Shown in pieces: positions 33,832 through 44,172 of a stretch of DNA of 64,000 nucleotides (positions are counted from its first letter, which is position 1; each line of letters starts with the position of its first letter). The notes beneath the pieces were generated by a model. The model worked only from the letters and a program-made list of their open reading frames with translations, ran no database searches and had not been told where the DNA came from. A program made the translations under genes and the position numbers. The stretch is from Clostridia bacterium (GTDB lineage Bacteria; Bacillota; Clostridia; TANB77; CAG-508): NCBI GenBank assembly GCA_036307105.1, contig JAXJYD010000041.1, positions 32,772 through 96,771 of the forward strand, in the 5' to 3' direction.

Positions 33832-33905
33832 AGCTGAGAAATTAGTTCTGCAGCAGTTATATAGTTTAGAAAGAGATGCAATGGAAGAAGGCATCTCTTT
33901 TGTTA
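33832..33905 (+). ncRNA. Candidate small RNA (about 75 nt; read-through form would extend to about 33955)
   Basis: Promoter as above. Terminator hairpin AGAGATGC...GCATCTCT plus T-run (33872-33905), then a second similar hairpin AGAGTAGTAA...TTACTACTCT plus T-run (33921-33955). It carries a 14-nt match to the small ORF region. Confidence 0.35.
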
Positions 33906-33958
33906 TTTAATTTTTTTAAAAGAGTAGTAAATGGAAGTTACTACTCTTTTTTGATTAG

Positions 33959-34072
33959 TTATGTACTAATCTGTGCATTGACCACTATTTGAGTTAGATG
34001 TTCTTGTTTGTTGTTTCTTTTCAGATTCAATAAGCATTTCCACTAACTTCAAAATTAGTTCTGCATTGGTCA
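33959..34072 (-). CDS. Small ORF, 37 aa (MTNAELILKLVEMLIESERNNKQEHLTQIVVNAQIST)
   Basis: Strong RBS (GGGGTGA 8 nt before the ATG), TATAAT box at 34120-34125 and a terminator hairpin directly after the stop. It is not in the supplied ORF track because it is too short. Confidence 0.45.
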
Positions 34073-34295
34073 TATAGTATCACCCCATTCAAAAAGATTT
34101 CCTTTATGAAAAGGATGGCATTATAATACAATATATTCCTATATAATTAAAGCGAACAACGATATATTTTCTTATTAAAATTTATTTTTAGATTATTAGA
34201 AATACACTTTAATTTATGTTTATATCCAAATATCGACTTTTTGCATATTATTAATAAAGAGTTTTTCTCTTAATTTTAAAGAAAGGAGGCAATTT

Positions 34296-35558
34296 ATGAA
34301 ACAAAAACATATTTTAAAAATCATTCTGCCAATGTTTATATTTTTTATTATTTTTACATCTTTCTCTTTTTCCCCTATCTATGCATGGGGTCCATCTAGT
34401 AATCAAATATACCAAGGAATCGATGTAAGTAATTGGCAACGACATATTGATTTTAATGCTGTTAAAAACTTTGGTATTGATGTTGTATATATAAAATCCA
34501 GTGAGGGAAGATCTTTTATTGACCCCTACTTTGAAACAAACTATAATAATGCACGTGCAAATGGTTTAAAAGTTGGATTTTATCATTATGTGACAGCAAG
34601 AAGTATTGAACAAGCTAGAGAACAAGCTTTATTTTTTGAAAATGTAATAAATGGAAAACACGTTGATTGTAGATTAGCAATGGATTTCGAGGATTTTGGT
34701 GATCTATCTGTTTCTCAAATTAATGAAATATCTAAGGTTTTTCTAGAAACACTAGAAAATGCCACAAATATAAAAGCAGTTATATATAGTAACTCATATT
34801 CTGCAAGAACTATTTTTAGTAGTGAGTTAACTAAATATCCTTTATGGGTTGCTAACTATGGAGTGAATACTCCTGGTAGTAATGGAAAATGGGATAGTTG
34901 GGTTGGATGGCAGTATACAAGTACTGGAACTGTGAATGGGATTTCCGGATATGTTGATAAAAATCAATTTACTGATGGTATTTTTCTATCAACAGATATT
35001 CATATACCTGACTTTGATATACAACCAATTCCTGATGGTAATACGCAAAATATAATCACATATACTGTAAAACCAGGCGATACCTTAAGTCAAATCGCAT
35101 TGAATTATGGCACTACAGTTTCTTCTATAGTTGCTCTAAACCCTATTATAAAAAATCCTAACTTAATTTATCCTGGACAACAATTTGTAATAGAAACAAA
35201 CTCAAATTCATCTGAAACTATAAATTATATAGTAAAAAAAGGTGACACTTTAAGTCAAATAGCTTTAAGTTATGGAACTACAGTATCATCAATAGTATCT
35301 CAAAATCCTATAATTAAGAACCCTAATTTGATTTATCCAGGTCAAGTATTTATAATTAATAATAATTCTAACAATTCTATATCAGGAGGAAACAATTCTT
35401 GTGGTAAGATTTTATACAAGATAAAATATGGAGACACATTAAGTGAAATAGCTTTAAGATATGGTGATACAGTAGAAGAAATTGCTACACTAAATAATAT
35501 TTCAAATCCAAATTTAATTTATGCAGGTTCTATAATTAGAATACAAAATTGTAAATAG
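34296..35558 (+). CDS. Secreted GH25 muramidase with three C-terminal LysM domains
   Basis: Signal peptide, [10 protein letters not shown]25 start and three repeats of Y.VK.GDTLS.IAL.YGTTV..I...[11 protein letters not shown]. Confidence 0.9.
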   Translation: MKQKHILKIILPMFIFFIIFTSFSFSPIYAWGPSSNQIYQGIDVSNWQRHIDFNAVKNFGIDVVYIKSSEGRSFIDPYFETNYNNARANGLKVGFYHYVTARSIEQAREQALFFENVINGKHVDCRLAMDFEDFGDLSVSQINEISKVFLETLENATNIKAVIYSNSYSARTIFSSELTKYPLWVANYGVNTPGSNGKWDSWVGWQYTSTGTVNGISGYVDKNQFTDGIFLSTDIHIPDFDIQPIPDGNTQNIITYTVKPGDTLSQIALNYGTTVSSIVALNPIIKNPNLIYPGQQFVIETNSNSSETINYIVKKGDTLSQIALSYGTTVSSIVSQNPIIKNPNLIYPGQVFIINNNSNNSISGGNNSCGKILYKIKYGDTLSEIALRYGDTVEEIATLNNISNPNLIYAGSIIRIQNCK

Positions 35559-35595
35559 GTCATAAAGGGACTGTCCCTGCGTAACATTTTTAAAA

Positions 35596-35630
35596 GGCAT
35601 AGAAATAATTTTCTATACCTTTTTATTTTT
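35596..35630 (+). terminator. Intrinsic terminator of the lysozyme gene
   Basis: GGCATAGAAA-TAAT-TTTCTATACC followed by a T-run. Confidence 0.65.
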
Positions 35631-35681
35631 TCGACAATTTCTTACAAAAATTGGACAAAAGCTGACTGTCCCTAGCGTCCC
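35630..35681 (-). repeat. REP-like element copy (reverse orientation), with a partial GGGACTGTCCC core also at 35567-35579
   Basis: The reverse complement GGGACAGTCAGCTTTTGTCCAATTTTTGTAAGAAATTGTCGA aligns with the REP consensus. Confidence 0.6.
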
Positions 35682-35684
35682 ATT

Positions 35685-36587
35685 TTACAATGTTACTCCT
35701 ATTATTCCTGCATCATTTCCAAGCACAGCAGGTCTAATTATAAGGTCTTCTCTTCCAGATTTTCTTTGACTTTGACTGCTTACTTCTTTTATTAATCTTT
35801 TTAAAAATACATCTTCAAAGTGAATAAAACTTCCCCCTATTCCAATTACTTGTGGTTCAAAGATGTTTATTAAATTTTCTATTCCTATACTTAAATTTTC
35901 AATAAATTCCGATACAACATTTTGTATTACATCATAATTTTCATCTTCTTTTTTTGCTTCTCTTATTATTTTTAATAATTCTTCTCCTCTTGTTGTTTCA
36001 TCAACTTCTAAAGCCTTTCTTAAATTATTTTTAAAAGCTTTCATTGATGCGTATCTCTCAAAACAGCCTTTTCTTCCACATGTACATTCAATTCCATCTT
36101 TTTGTATTACCATATGACCAAATTCATAACCAGGTCTATTTCCTGCTGTAAGAAGTTTTCCATCTATAAAAGCTGCTCCCCCTATTCCTGTTCCAAGTGT
36201 TAAAAATATACTTCTATCATATCCTTTTAAAACACCATATGTATTTTCAGCCATTGCTGCACATTTTGCATCATTTTTTATAGTAATAGGTAAATCTATT
36301 TTTTCTTGTAATTTTTCTGTTAAATTATAATTTTTAATTCCTACATTTCCAGATGATAAAATAACACCATCAATTGAAGTACCTGGCATAGCAATTCCTA
36401 ATGATTCTATTTTATATTTTTTCATAAACTCTAAAGAATTTAAAATTATATAATCTTCAATTGATTTTTTTATATCTCTTTTTTCCTTTTCCATTAATCT
36501 TTTTTCTATCTTTTCCACAATTCTTCCATTACTGTCTACAACTCCAATTCCAATGTGGCTTCCTCCAATATCAATTCCAATTTTCAT
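35685..36587 (-). CDS. ROK-family glucokinase
   Basis: MKIGIDIGGSHIGIGVV ATP-binding start and ROK Cys motif CTCGRKGCFERYAS. Confidence 0.88.
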   Translation of the reverse strand: MKIGIDIGGSHIGIGVVDSNGRIVEKIEKRLMEKEKRDIKKSIEDYIILNSLEFMKKYKIESLGIAMPGTSIDGVILSSGNVGIKNYNLTEKLQEKIDLPITIKNDAKCAAMAENTYGVLKGYDRSIFLTLGTGIGGAAFIDGKLLTAGNRPGYEFGHMVIQKDGIECTCGRKGCFERYASMKAFKNNLRKALEVDETTRGEELLKIIREAKKEDENYDVIQNVVSEFIENLSIGIENLINIFEPQVIGIGGSFIHFEDVFLKRLIKEVSSQSQRKSGREDLIIRPAVLGNDAGIIGVTL

Positions 36588-36676
36588 TATAATCTACCTC
36601 ACTTTATTATTTTAAAAAATGGAAACCTCTAGCACATCTAAAGATTTCCATTTGTTTAAAAAATTTGTTTTTAAAT

Positions 36677-38026
36677 TTATACTCCATATGCTGAGAATAA
36701 GAAATTTCCCATATAAACTTGGATACATGGCACTAATACAACAAGTACGAAGAATATTAATACTACACCAACTATAGCATATACTACTTGTGGTAAAGCT
36801 TTCATTACTTTTTGCATAATATTATCTATATCTATTTCCATATATTCAACTAATTTTTCCATCATTTCTGTTAAGTCGGTTTGCATACCTATTTTTAACA
36901 TCTCTGTTATCATTGGACTTGCTAATCCTGATTTTTCAAATGGTTCTATCCAAGATGAACCTGTTATAATATTGTTTATAGCTGTTTCTATAATAGAAAG
37001 CATAACATAATTTTGAACTACGTTTTTACTTACATCTAGAGCCTCTTGAATTCTCATTCCATTTTTTAAGTTAAGAAGCATTGCTTTCATTAGTCTTGAA
37101 AAATCTAATGCAAATATTAATTTTCCAAATATAGGCATTTTATATTTAAAGTAGTGGAAGTTATATTTTCCTCTAGGTGTGTTAATATAGAATATAACTG
37201 CAGCTGTTGCTGATATTATAATCGTGACCGGTATATACCAATGTGCAATCAGACCATCTAAGAAATCTGCAAACCAAAGAGTGACAGCTGGCAATGTATC
37301 TTGTGTTCCTAATTCATCAAACACTCCCTGTATTGCTGGTATTGCAACTAGTGTACCCACAAACAACATAACAATTAATAATACAAATTGAGCTATATTT
37401 GGTATCAGAATTGTTTTTAACTTTCTATTTAATTTATCTGTATCATCTAAATATTTAACAGCTTGCTCTAATGAATTTGTTAAAGAACCTGATAATTCTC
37501 CAACTTTTATCATGTTTATATATATATATGGAAATATATTTGAATAATATTCCATAGTAGTGTACATATTTTCACCATTTTCAACACCTGCTAATATATC
37601 TTCTAATACACCTTTAAAAGATAAGTTTTCTGTACTTTCAATTAATGTGTTTAAAGCATGTATATTGTTGAAATTAGCTTTTTTTAAAAGATAGAAATTT
37701 TGTGTAAATACCATTATATCCCTATTTGTTATTTTTTCAGTTCTAGCAAAATAAACATTAATTCTTTCTTTTGCAGTTAATGTCTTCTTCTTTTCTCCAC
37801 CTAATTGAGTAGTATTTACATTTTTCATTATTTCTTGAATATCAGTAATATTCTTTTTTCTTTTCTGTTGAGCCTTTTTATTTCTATAAGCTAATTGTTC
37901 AATTGTTATTGGTAACAAATCATTTGATTTTAATGTCTTTATAAGTGATTGTCTACTATTTGATTCCACTTTATTTCTAACAATTTGGCCTTGTCTTGTC
38001 ATAGCTCTGTACATATAGGTAGGCAT
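36677..38026 (-). CDS. pilC: Type IV pilus platform protein PilC (GspF family)
   Basis: Two T2SSF-like halves with three TM segments, in the pilus operon. Confidence 0.85.
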   Translation of the reverse strand: MPTYMYRAMTRQGQIVRNKVESNSRQSLIKTLKSNDLLPITIEQLAYRNKKAQQKRKKNITDIQEIMKNVNTTQLGGEKKKTLTAKERINVYFARTEKITNRDIMVFTQNFYLLKKANFNNIHALNTLIESTENLSFKGVLEDILAGVENGENMYTTMEYYSNIFPYIYINMIKVGELSGSLTNSLEQAVKYLDDTDKLNRKLKTILIPNIAQFVLLIVMLFVGTLVAIPAIQGVFDELGTQDTLPAVTLWFADFLDGLIAHWYIPVTIIISATAAVIFYINTPRGKYNFHYFKYKMPIFGKLIFALDFSRLMKAMLLNLKNGMRIQEALDVSKNVVQNYVMLSIIETAINNIITGSSWIEPFEKSGLASPMITEMLKIGMQTDLTEMMEKLVEYMEIDIDNIMQKVMKALPQVVYAIVGVVLIFFVLVVLVPCIQVYMGNFLFSAYGV

Positions 38027-38058
38027 CTATTTTCCTCCTTCTACTTAAATACAATATA

Positions 38059-39159
38059 CTAGTTGTTTCCTTTTTTTATTTTTAATTGCATTATTGTTCT
38101 ATTTAAAATTTCAATATTTTTTTCTTCAATTTGAGCTTTTGCTTGTTCTAATGTTATTCTATCTTCTACAAATAAGTGTGCTAAAGAATTAATCAAACCA
38201 ATACTTCCTTTATCTGCATTACTTTGTATGGCATCTTCTATTTCAGAAACACTTAATTTATCCTTTCTTATTATACCAGCAACTATGTTGTCTACAACCA
38301 TTACTTCTGGAACTAAAACTAATTTTCCATCTGTTCCTTTTAATAATCTTTGAGAAACTACTAGTTTTAATAATGCTGATAATAGGTATTTTATAGATTC
38401 TTGGTCTCTTACTTCATAGAAGTTTATCATTCTGTCTATTGTTTCTGCACATGATTTTGTATGAAGTGTTCCTATAACTAAATGTCCAGATTCTGCCATT
38501 TCTATTGCAGCTTCCATTGTTACTTTATCTCTAATCTCTCCTATTACTAGTATATCGCAATCCTCTCTTAAAGAGTTCTTTACACCATCACTAAATGTTA
38601 GGCTATCTTTTCCTTGTCCAATTTCTTTTTGAACTATTAATGATTTTTTGGAATGATGTTTATATTCTACTGGATTTTCAAGTGTTAATATTTTTTTATT
38701 TTGATTTTCATTTATATAATCTACTAATGAATTTAAAGTAGTGCTTTTACCAGAGTTTGTTTTACCTGTTACTAGTATTAATCCTTGAGGTTGATATGTC
38801 ATTCTTCTTACAATGTCAGGTACACCTAATGTTTCATAAGGTGGTAAATCATTTTTTATCAATCTCATTGTACATACTGGAATATCATCTGATAAAGAAA
38901 CATTTACTCTTAAACGGATATCTCTATGCACATATGACATATCTAATTTTCTTGTCTTTTCAAAAACCTCATCTTTATCTATATTCCCTTTTACTAAAGT
39001 ATCATAAATTTCATTCATATCATCAGGTGTTAGAACTTGACTTCCTTCTATTGGTACTAAATCTCTTGCAATTCTTAATAATGGTTGATTTCCACATACT
39101 AGGTGAACATCTGAAGCATCTAATCTCATAGCTTCATCTAACATTTCATCTAAATTCAT
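38059..39159 (-). CDS. pilT: PilT-type retraction ATPase
   Basis: Walker A GKTNSGKSTT, Asp box and GHLVIGTLHT over 366 aa. Confidence 0.88.
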   Translation of the reverse strand: MNLDEMLDEAMRLDASDVHLVCGNQPLLRIARDLVPIEGSQVLTPDDMNEIYDTLVKGNIDKDEVFEKTRKLDMSYVHRDIRLRVNVSLSDDIPVCTMRLIKNDLPPYETLGVPDIVRRMTYQPQGLILVTGKTNSGKSTTLNSLVDYINENQNKKILTLENPVEYKHHSKKSLIVQKEIGQGKDSLTFSDGVKNSLREDCDILVIGEIRDKVTMEAAIEMAESGHLVIGTLHTKSCAETIDRMINFYEVRDQESIKYLLSALLKLVVSQRLLKGTDGKLVLVPEVMVVDNIVAGIIRKDKLSVSEIEDAIQSNADKGSIGLINSLAHLFVEDRITLEQAKAQIEEKNIEILNRTIMQLKIKKGNN

Positions 39160-39177
39160 AATATATTTTCCTCCTAC

Positions 39178-40809
39178 CTAAAAAATTAATAATTTTTTAT
39201 TTAACTCTTCTAAAGTTGTGAATCCTTTCACAACCTTATTTATTCCATCTACTACTAATGGTTTGTAACCTTGCTTTAAAGCTTCATCTTTTATTTCTAT
39301 ACTAGATTTACCTTCTACTATTTTTGTTTTTATTTCATCTGTTATATTTAATACTTCAAAAATACCAATTCTATCGTAATAACCTGTATTATTACAATGT
39401 TTACATCCTACTGCATCGTATGTTTTAGCATTTAAATCAAAATTTACACCATATTTATTTCCAATATAATCTATAATATGTTTTTCTTCTTCAGATAAAT
39501 CTCTTTCTTTTTTACATTCTGGACAAAGCTTTCTTACTAATCTTTGTGATATTGATGTTGCTAGTGTACTTGAAATATCATAATCTGATAGTCCCATTTT
39601 TCTTAATCTAGTTATTACTTCTATACTATCAATTGTGTGTATTGTAGATAATACATAATGTCCTGTTTGTCCAGCTTGAATTGCTATTTCTCCTGTTTCT
39701 GTATCCCTTATCTCTCCAACCAAAATTATATCAGGATCTTGTCTTAATACTGTTCTTAGCGAACTTGAAAATGATGACTTTGCATCTATTTCAATCTGAT
39801 TTAGACCATCTATTCTTATCTCTACTGGTTCTTCAATTGTGGTTATATTAATTTCAGGTCTGTTCAAATAATCTATTATACTATATAAGGTTGTTGTTTT
39901 ACCTTCTCCTGTAGGAGCTGCCATTATAGTTATACTATTTTTCTTGTTTATACTTCTTTTTAAATCATCTTCAGTACCTGGAAATCCTAGTTCAAAAATA
40001 TTTCTAATATCTGAGTCTTTTTTTAGCAATCTTAAAACAAATTTTTCTCCATATACATTTGGTTGTGAAGATACACGAATATTATAATCATCATAAAGTA
40101 ATATCCTACCATCTTGTGACTCTTGCTTTTCTTGATGCATATTTGATATAGCCTTTAATCTACCAATTATTTGATTTTGTTTTGCTTTACTGATATTTGC
40201 AGCTGTAAATAATTCACCATCTATTCTATATCTAACTCTTACTTCATCTTTCATAGGTTCTATATGAATATCACTTGCACGTCTTTCCATACCTGTTTTG
40301 ATTATACTGTCAACTAATCCTGTAACTGTTTCATTGTTTTGTACATTTAAATTACTTGTAGCATTTCCTTCTAATGATTTTAAAATTTTATCTATTTCAC
40401 TTTCAAAAGTGATATAGCTTTCCATAACTAGACCTTTATTTAATAATAAAAGTCTAACTGCATCCATTGATTTAGAATTTAATGTATTTGCAAAACACAC
40501 CTTTATCCTTCCAGATACCACATCAAATGGAATAGCTTTATTAGTTTTAGCAACATCAAGCGATATATAATCAGTTAATTTTATTTTTATTGTATTACCT
40601 GATAAAATAATTCCTTTCGTTCCTACAATTTCTCCTATTGCTTCTATCAATTTTTCGCTATCTGCTACATTTAAAATATTCAAAATATCTCCAAGTTTTT
40701 TACTAGGATGAGACTTTTGATATTCTAAGGCTTTTTCTATATCATTTTCTGTAACAATGCCTCTTTTTACTAATTCAACACCAATAGGTTGTTTTCTTCT
40801 TAATTCCAT
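39178..40809 (-). CDS. pilB: Type IV pilus assembly ATPase PilB (GspE family)
   Basis: AAPTGEGKTTT, GHYVLSTIHT and a tetracysteine motif (CPECKK...CKHCNNTGY). Confidence 0.9.
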   Translation of the reverse strand: MELRRKQPIGVELVKRGIVTENDIEKALEYQKSHPSKKLGDILNILNVADSEKLIEAIGEIVGTKGIILSGNTIKIKLTDYISLDVAKTNKAIPFDVVSGRIKVCFANTLNSKSMDAVRLLLLNKGLVMESYITFESEIDKILKSLEGNATSNLNVQNNETVTGLVDSIIKTGMERRASDIHIEPMKDEVRVRYRIDGELFTAANISKAKQNQIIGRLKAISNMHQEKQESQDGRILLYDDYNIRVSSQPNVYGEKFVLRLLKKDSDIRNIFELGFPGTEDDLKRSINKKNSITIMAAPTGEGKTTTLYSIIDYLNRPEINITTIEEPVEIRIDGLNQIEIDAKSSFSSSLRTVLRQDPDIILVGEIRDTETGEIAIQAGQTGHYVLSTIHTIDSIEVITRLRKMGLSDYDISSTLATSISQRLVRKLCPECKKERDLSEEEKHIIDYIGNKYGVNFDLNAKTYDAVGCKHCNNTGYYDRIGIFEVLNITDEIKTKIVEGKSSIEIKDEALKQGYKPLVVDGINKVVKGFTTLEELNKKLLIF

Positions 40810-40839
40810 AAATTAACCTTCTTCCTTAAAAATTATATT

Positions 40840-41325
40840 TTATTCATTATTTAAACTGTAATTATATTCTTCTTTTGTATTCCCAACTTCTAATGTTATT
40901 TTAAATTTAGTTTTATTAGTTTGTGTTAGTTCATCTTTTTCAAATTTACAATTGGTTACATTTCGTGCAACAGGTATCATTACTATGCTTCCATCTTCTT
41001 TACTACCTGTATCTCTATAAATCGAATTATCTTGTTCTACATATACATATTTTATAACTTCTGAAGTATCTTCATTTACAAGTGCAATATATGAATAACC
41101 ATCATCACTTCCATTAGTTAAATATGTTATATGTGTTGTATTTACATCTGTTGTAAAATAACTATTAAAATTTGTAAATTCCGTAAGTGGTGTTATATCA
41201 TCTTGAGTGTCATTTACATTTTTATAAAAATATGTACTTATCACTGATAACATTGCTATTATAATTGTGAGTGCTATTACATATATTGTTAATGATAGTA
41301 GTGTTACACCTTTTTGATTTTTCAT
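40840..41325 (-). CDS. Minor pilin / pseudopilin
   Basis: MKNQKG-VTLLSLTIYVIALTIIIAML prepilin-type leader and hydrophobic helix. Confidence 0.75.
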   Translation of the reverse strand: MKNQKGVTLLSLTIYVIALTIIIAMLSVISTYFYKNVNDTQDDITPLTEFTNFNSYFTTDVNTTHITYLTNGSDDGYSYIALVNEDTSEVIKYVYVEQDNSIYRDTGSKEDGSIVMIPVARNVTNCKFEKDELTQTNKTKFKITLEVGNTKEEYNYSLNNE

Positions 41326-41419
41326 ACTATGTCCTTTCTTATTTTCCTAAGCCATTTATGTTTAGTTGGTTCTGCTTAACCGTGGTGGTTTAAATAATAA
41401 GTAGCCGAGGTTTTTTCAT

Positions 41420-41872
41420 TTAAAAATCTTTAGAAATTATAGTTGATAACTCAACACTTTTTGTTTGGTTTCTAAATTTATAAGAAACCGTAACTGTAAC
41501 TTTTTTTACCAATCCTTCTATTCCTTCTCTACCATTTAAGTCACTATCTGACATTATATCTTTTGCATCTACTACATCTATTTTTTCATAATATCCTGTT
41601 CCTTTATCATTTTCATCTATAATTTCATTTTCCACAGCTGTACCATTACTCGTTGCTGTTTCAAAGTCAATAATCTTTTGATCATTAATGTCTAAGATTT
41701 TTAATCCTTCTATTTCATTTATTGCATAATCAAGAGCTTTTGATTTATATTTCATTTCATCACTACTACTGTTAAAATTAAAAACTAAAGTTCCGATTAA
41801 CGCTATAAATATTGTTATAACTACTACAGAAATTGCAATATCTACTCCTGTATATCCTTTTTGATTTTTCAT
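41420..41872 (-). CDS. Minor pilin / pseudopilin
   Basis: MKNQKG-YTGVDIAISVVVITIFIALIG prepilin-type N-terminus. Confidence 0.7.
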   Translation of the reverse strand: MKNQKGYTGVDIAISVVVITIFIALIGTLVFNFNSSSDEMKYKSKALDYAINEIEGLKILDINDQKIIDFETATSNGTAVENEIIDENDKGTGYYEKIDVVDAKDIMSDSDLNGREGIEGLVKKVTVTVSYKFRNQTKSVELSTIISKDF

Positions 41873-41936
41873 AAATTTCTCTTGTTACTTAAATTGTAAC
41901 TAATCCTTTCTAAAATAATCTAAAATAAATAATTGG

Positions 41937-42097
41937 GATTTCGAAAAAATCGAATTGCAGAGTAATTGAACTAGAAATTCTTTAAAATTTATGGAATAAT
42001 GTTCGCGTCGAGCAAAGCGAGGACTAAGTGAAAAAGGTTCCATGAATTTTATTAGAATTTCTGTGATAATTAGCTCAAACGAGATTTTTGAGAAATC
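41937..42097. repeat. About 160-nt imperfect long hairpin inside the pilus operon (same family as 27560-27708)
   Basis: Left arm GATTTCGAAAAAATCG...AGAAATTCTTTAAAATTTATGGAA pairs with right arm TTCCATGAATTTTATTAGAATTTCT...CGAGATTTTTGAGAAATC. The core is GTTCGCGTCGAGCAAAGCGAGG. Confidence 0.6.
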
Positions 42098-42101
42098 TTA
42101 A

Positions 42102-42920
42102 TTATTTATTTAATATATAGTTCATAAATAGTACAAAAACAACTGTAATAAGATTTGTAACACCTAAATAAGTACCAATACATAACTGTTCTGCCACCTG
42201 TTTATCATTTTTAACATTTTTATTTTTTCTATTTTTTATTTTATTTATCATTAAATCTATAGCAATTAATAATAATGTATAAATTATAGAAATAATAGTT
42301 ATGTACTCTCCTGTAAATACAGCCATAGTTGTAATCATAATTAAAAGTCCATTCAAATATGTACTTTTAGCAAATTTTCTTAAGGTTATTGTATCTAAAG
42401 TTAATACTATAATATATAAAACTAAATATATTCCATATCTATATATATTAGCTTTTTCTACTATGCATAGATATAGCATATATATTATAGATACTACAAT
42501 TCCATATACATTTACAGCTTTATCAATGTTTTTATTTTCAGCATCAATACCTACTATTAAAATAATAAATGTTATGTATAAAATCATACAAACATATTCA
42601 ATAATATTTACTAAACTTAAATGTTCTAAATTAAGACCTGTTAAATATGCTATTACAACAAATAACATTCCAGCTAATACTTCTAATACTAAATAACGTG
42701 GCCTTATTTTCTCTTTGCAATATCTACATTTTCCACCCAATAAAATATAACTAAAAATAGGAAATAAGTCTAAAAGACCTAATTTATGGTTACAATTAGG
42801 ACAATATGAATGCTTTAATAATATATCTTGTCTCTTTGGTATTCTATATACTGCTAATGTATAAAAACTTCCAAAAAGAGAACCTATTATAAATATAATA
42901 ACATAAAAAAATATATCCAT
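42102..42920 (-). CDS. pilD: Prepilin peptidase (A24 family)
   Basis: CPNCNHKLGLLDLFPIFSYILLGGKCRYCKEKI zinc motif in a polytopic membrane protein. Confidence 0.9.
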   Translation of the reverse strand: MDIFFYVIIFIIGSLFGSFYTLAVYRIPKRQDILLKHSYCPNCNHKLGLLDLFPIFSYILLGGKCRYCKEKIRPRYLVLEVLAGMLFVVIAYLTGLNLEHLSLVNIIEYVCMILYITFIILIVGIDAENKNIDKAVNVYGIVVSIIYMLYLCIVEKANIYRYGIYLVLYIIVLTLDTITLRKFAKSTYLNGLLIMITTMAVFTGEYITIISIIYTLLLIAIDLMINKIKNRKNKNVKNDKQVAEQLCIGTYLGVTNLITVVFVLFMNYILNK

Positions 42921-43027
42921 ATTCTTTTTTACTCTTTCCTTTTTTCTTTTTTCTTCTTATTCTTTTGCCTTTTTAAAGTTTAAGCCATACACACAATGTG
43001 TGCGTATGGCTAGTTTATTTTACTTTA

Positions 43028-43474
43028 TTATTTATTAGTCCAATCTAATGTTAAATTAGTACTATTTATTGTTCCTTCTGCCCAATAATCAGCATTTGTC
43101 TTTGCTGTTTTAGAACTTGGATAAGTTATTAATAGTTTGCCATCAACTAATGCTACTGTACACTCATGTAAAGTTGTTGATGATACATCTGTAGTTGAAT
43201 TAGCAAGTGCATTTAATACACTTTGTGCAGTTGGAGCTGTTTCTGTTGCTCCTGCTGTGTATTTATCTTGTAAATAAGCAGCCATTTCATTTTGAAATTC
43301 TAAAGAAACCTCGTCTTTAGCTCCTGCTACTGCTGAAGCTGCAGCACTTTCCTTTGATTTTGTTAATAACCCATTATCTCCTGTTAACATAGCTATTGTT
43401 ATACCAGCTAATATTAATAATACAATGATTGTAATTACTAATGCGATTAATGTTATACCTTTTTGATTTTTCAT
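43028..43474 (-). CDS. pilA: Major type IV pilin
   Basis: MKNQKG-ITLIALVITIIVLLILAGITIAMLTGDNGLL over 148 aa, with its own intergenic region upstream. Confidence 0.8.
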   Translation of the reverse strand: MKNQKGITLIALVITIIVLLILAGITIAMLTGDNGLLTKSKESAAASAVAGAKDEVSLEFQNEMAAYLQDKYTAGATETAPTAQSVLNALANSTTDVSSTTLHECTVALVDGKLLITYPSSKTAKTNADYWAEGTINSTNLTLDWTNK

Positions 43475-43594
43475 TTGTTATTTCCCCCCTTTCATTTGTA
43501 AAATATATTGTTAAAATATATTTATATAAAATAAATATAACGTTAAAAACTAATTTAATATTTTCCATACATTTTTTTATTGCTAGAAAAAGGG

Positions 43595-44098
43595 TTATTT
43601 TGTTCCTTTATCTTGGAAGAAATGTCCTCCAGATGATGTGTTTTCACTATTCTTATCTGATGTGCTTCCACCTGTTGATGTTGAACTACTACCTTCAGAT
43701 GTAGTTGAACTTCCTCCTGAACCAGTTGTTGCTGAACTACCACTGCTTGAAGCAGATCCTGTTGATGATGTTCCATTAGTTGATTTTGTTGTATTTTCTT
43801 CAGCTGGTGTTTCATAAGAAGAAAACGGATTTGCTTTTCCTGGCTTATAATCCTTAACTCTTTTGTAGTTATTTAAGTCATCGTTATTCACTTCATAAGT
43901 CATAATAACTTCACTTTCGTCTAAGCTTCCAGATTGTAATAACTCTTGTTTAACATTTTCTGGTGTTGTATAAGCCACTTGATTTGGGACTGTTTTAGAA
44001 ATTGGTACATAATCATAAAGTAGAATTCCGAGCACAAGTATTATAGCTAAGCACAACAGCAGTATAATTATAATTTCTTTTAAAATTGATTTTGTCAT
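43595..44098 (-). CDS. Membrane-anchored pilus-operon protein with Ser/Thr/Gly-rich C-terminal tail
   Basis: One N-terminal TM segment and a low-complexity STG tail; function unknown. Confidence 0.55.
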   Translation of the reverse strand: MTKSILKEIIIILLLCLAIILVLGILLYDYVPISKTVPNQVAYTTPENVKQELLQSGSLDESEVIMTYEVNNDDLNNYKRVKDYKPGKANPFSSYETPAEENTTKSTNGTSSTGSASSSGSSATTGSGGSSTTSEGSSSTSTGGSTSDKNSENTSSGGHFFQDKGTK

Positions 44099-44172
44099 TT
44101 TTTGACTTCCTTTCTACCTTCTAGATATCTTATAATAAATAATAGGGATTTTCGAAAAATTATAATTATTTA

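Noticed and set aside
43555-43815. Q/H/V-rich 86-aa ORF, with 43374-43568 and 43441-43704
   Set aside because: These are alternative frames or the antisense of the Ser/Thr/Gly-rich tail of the 43595-44098 gene and of the pilA leader region. Their compositional bias explains the open frames.
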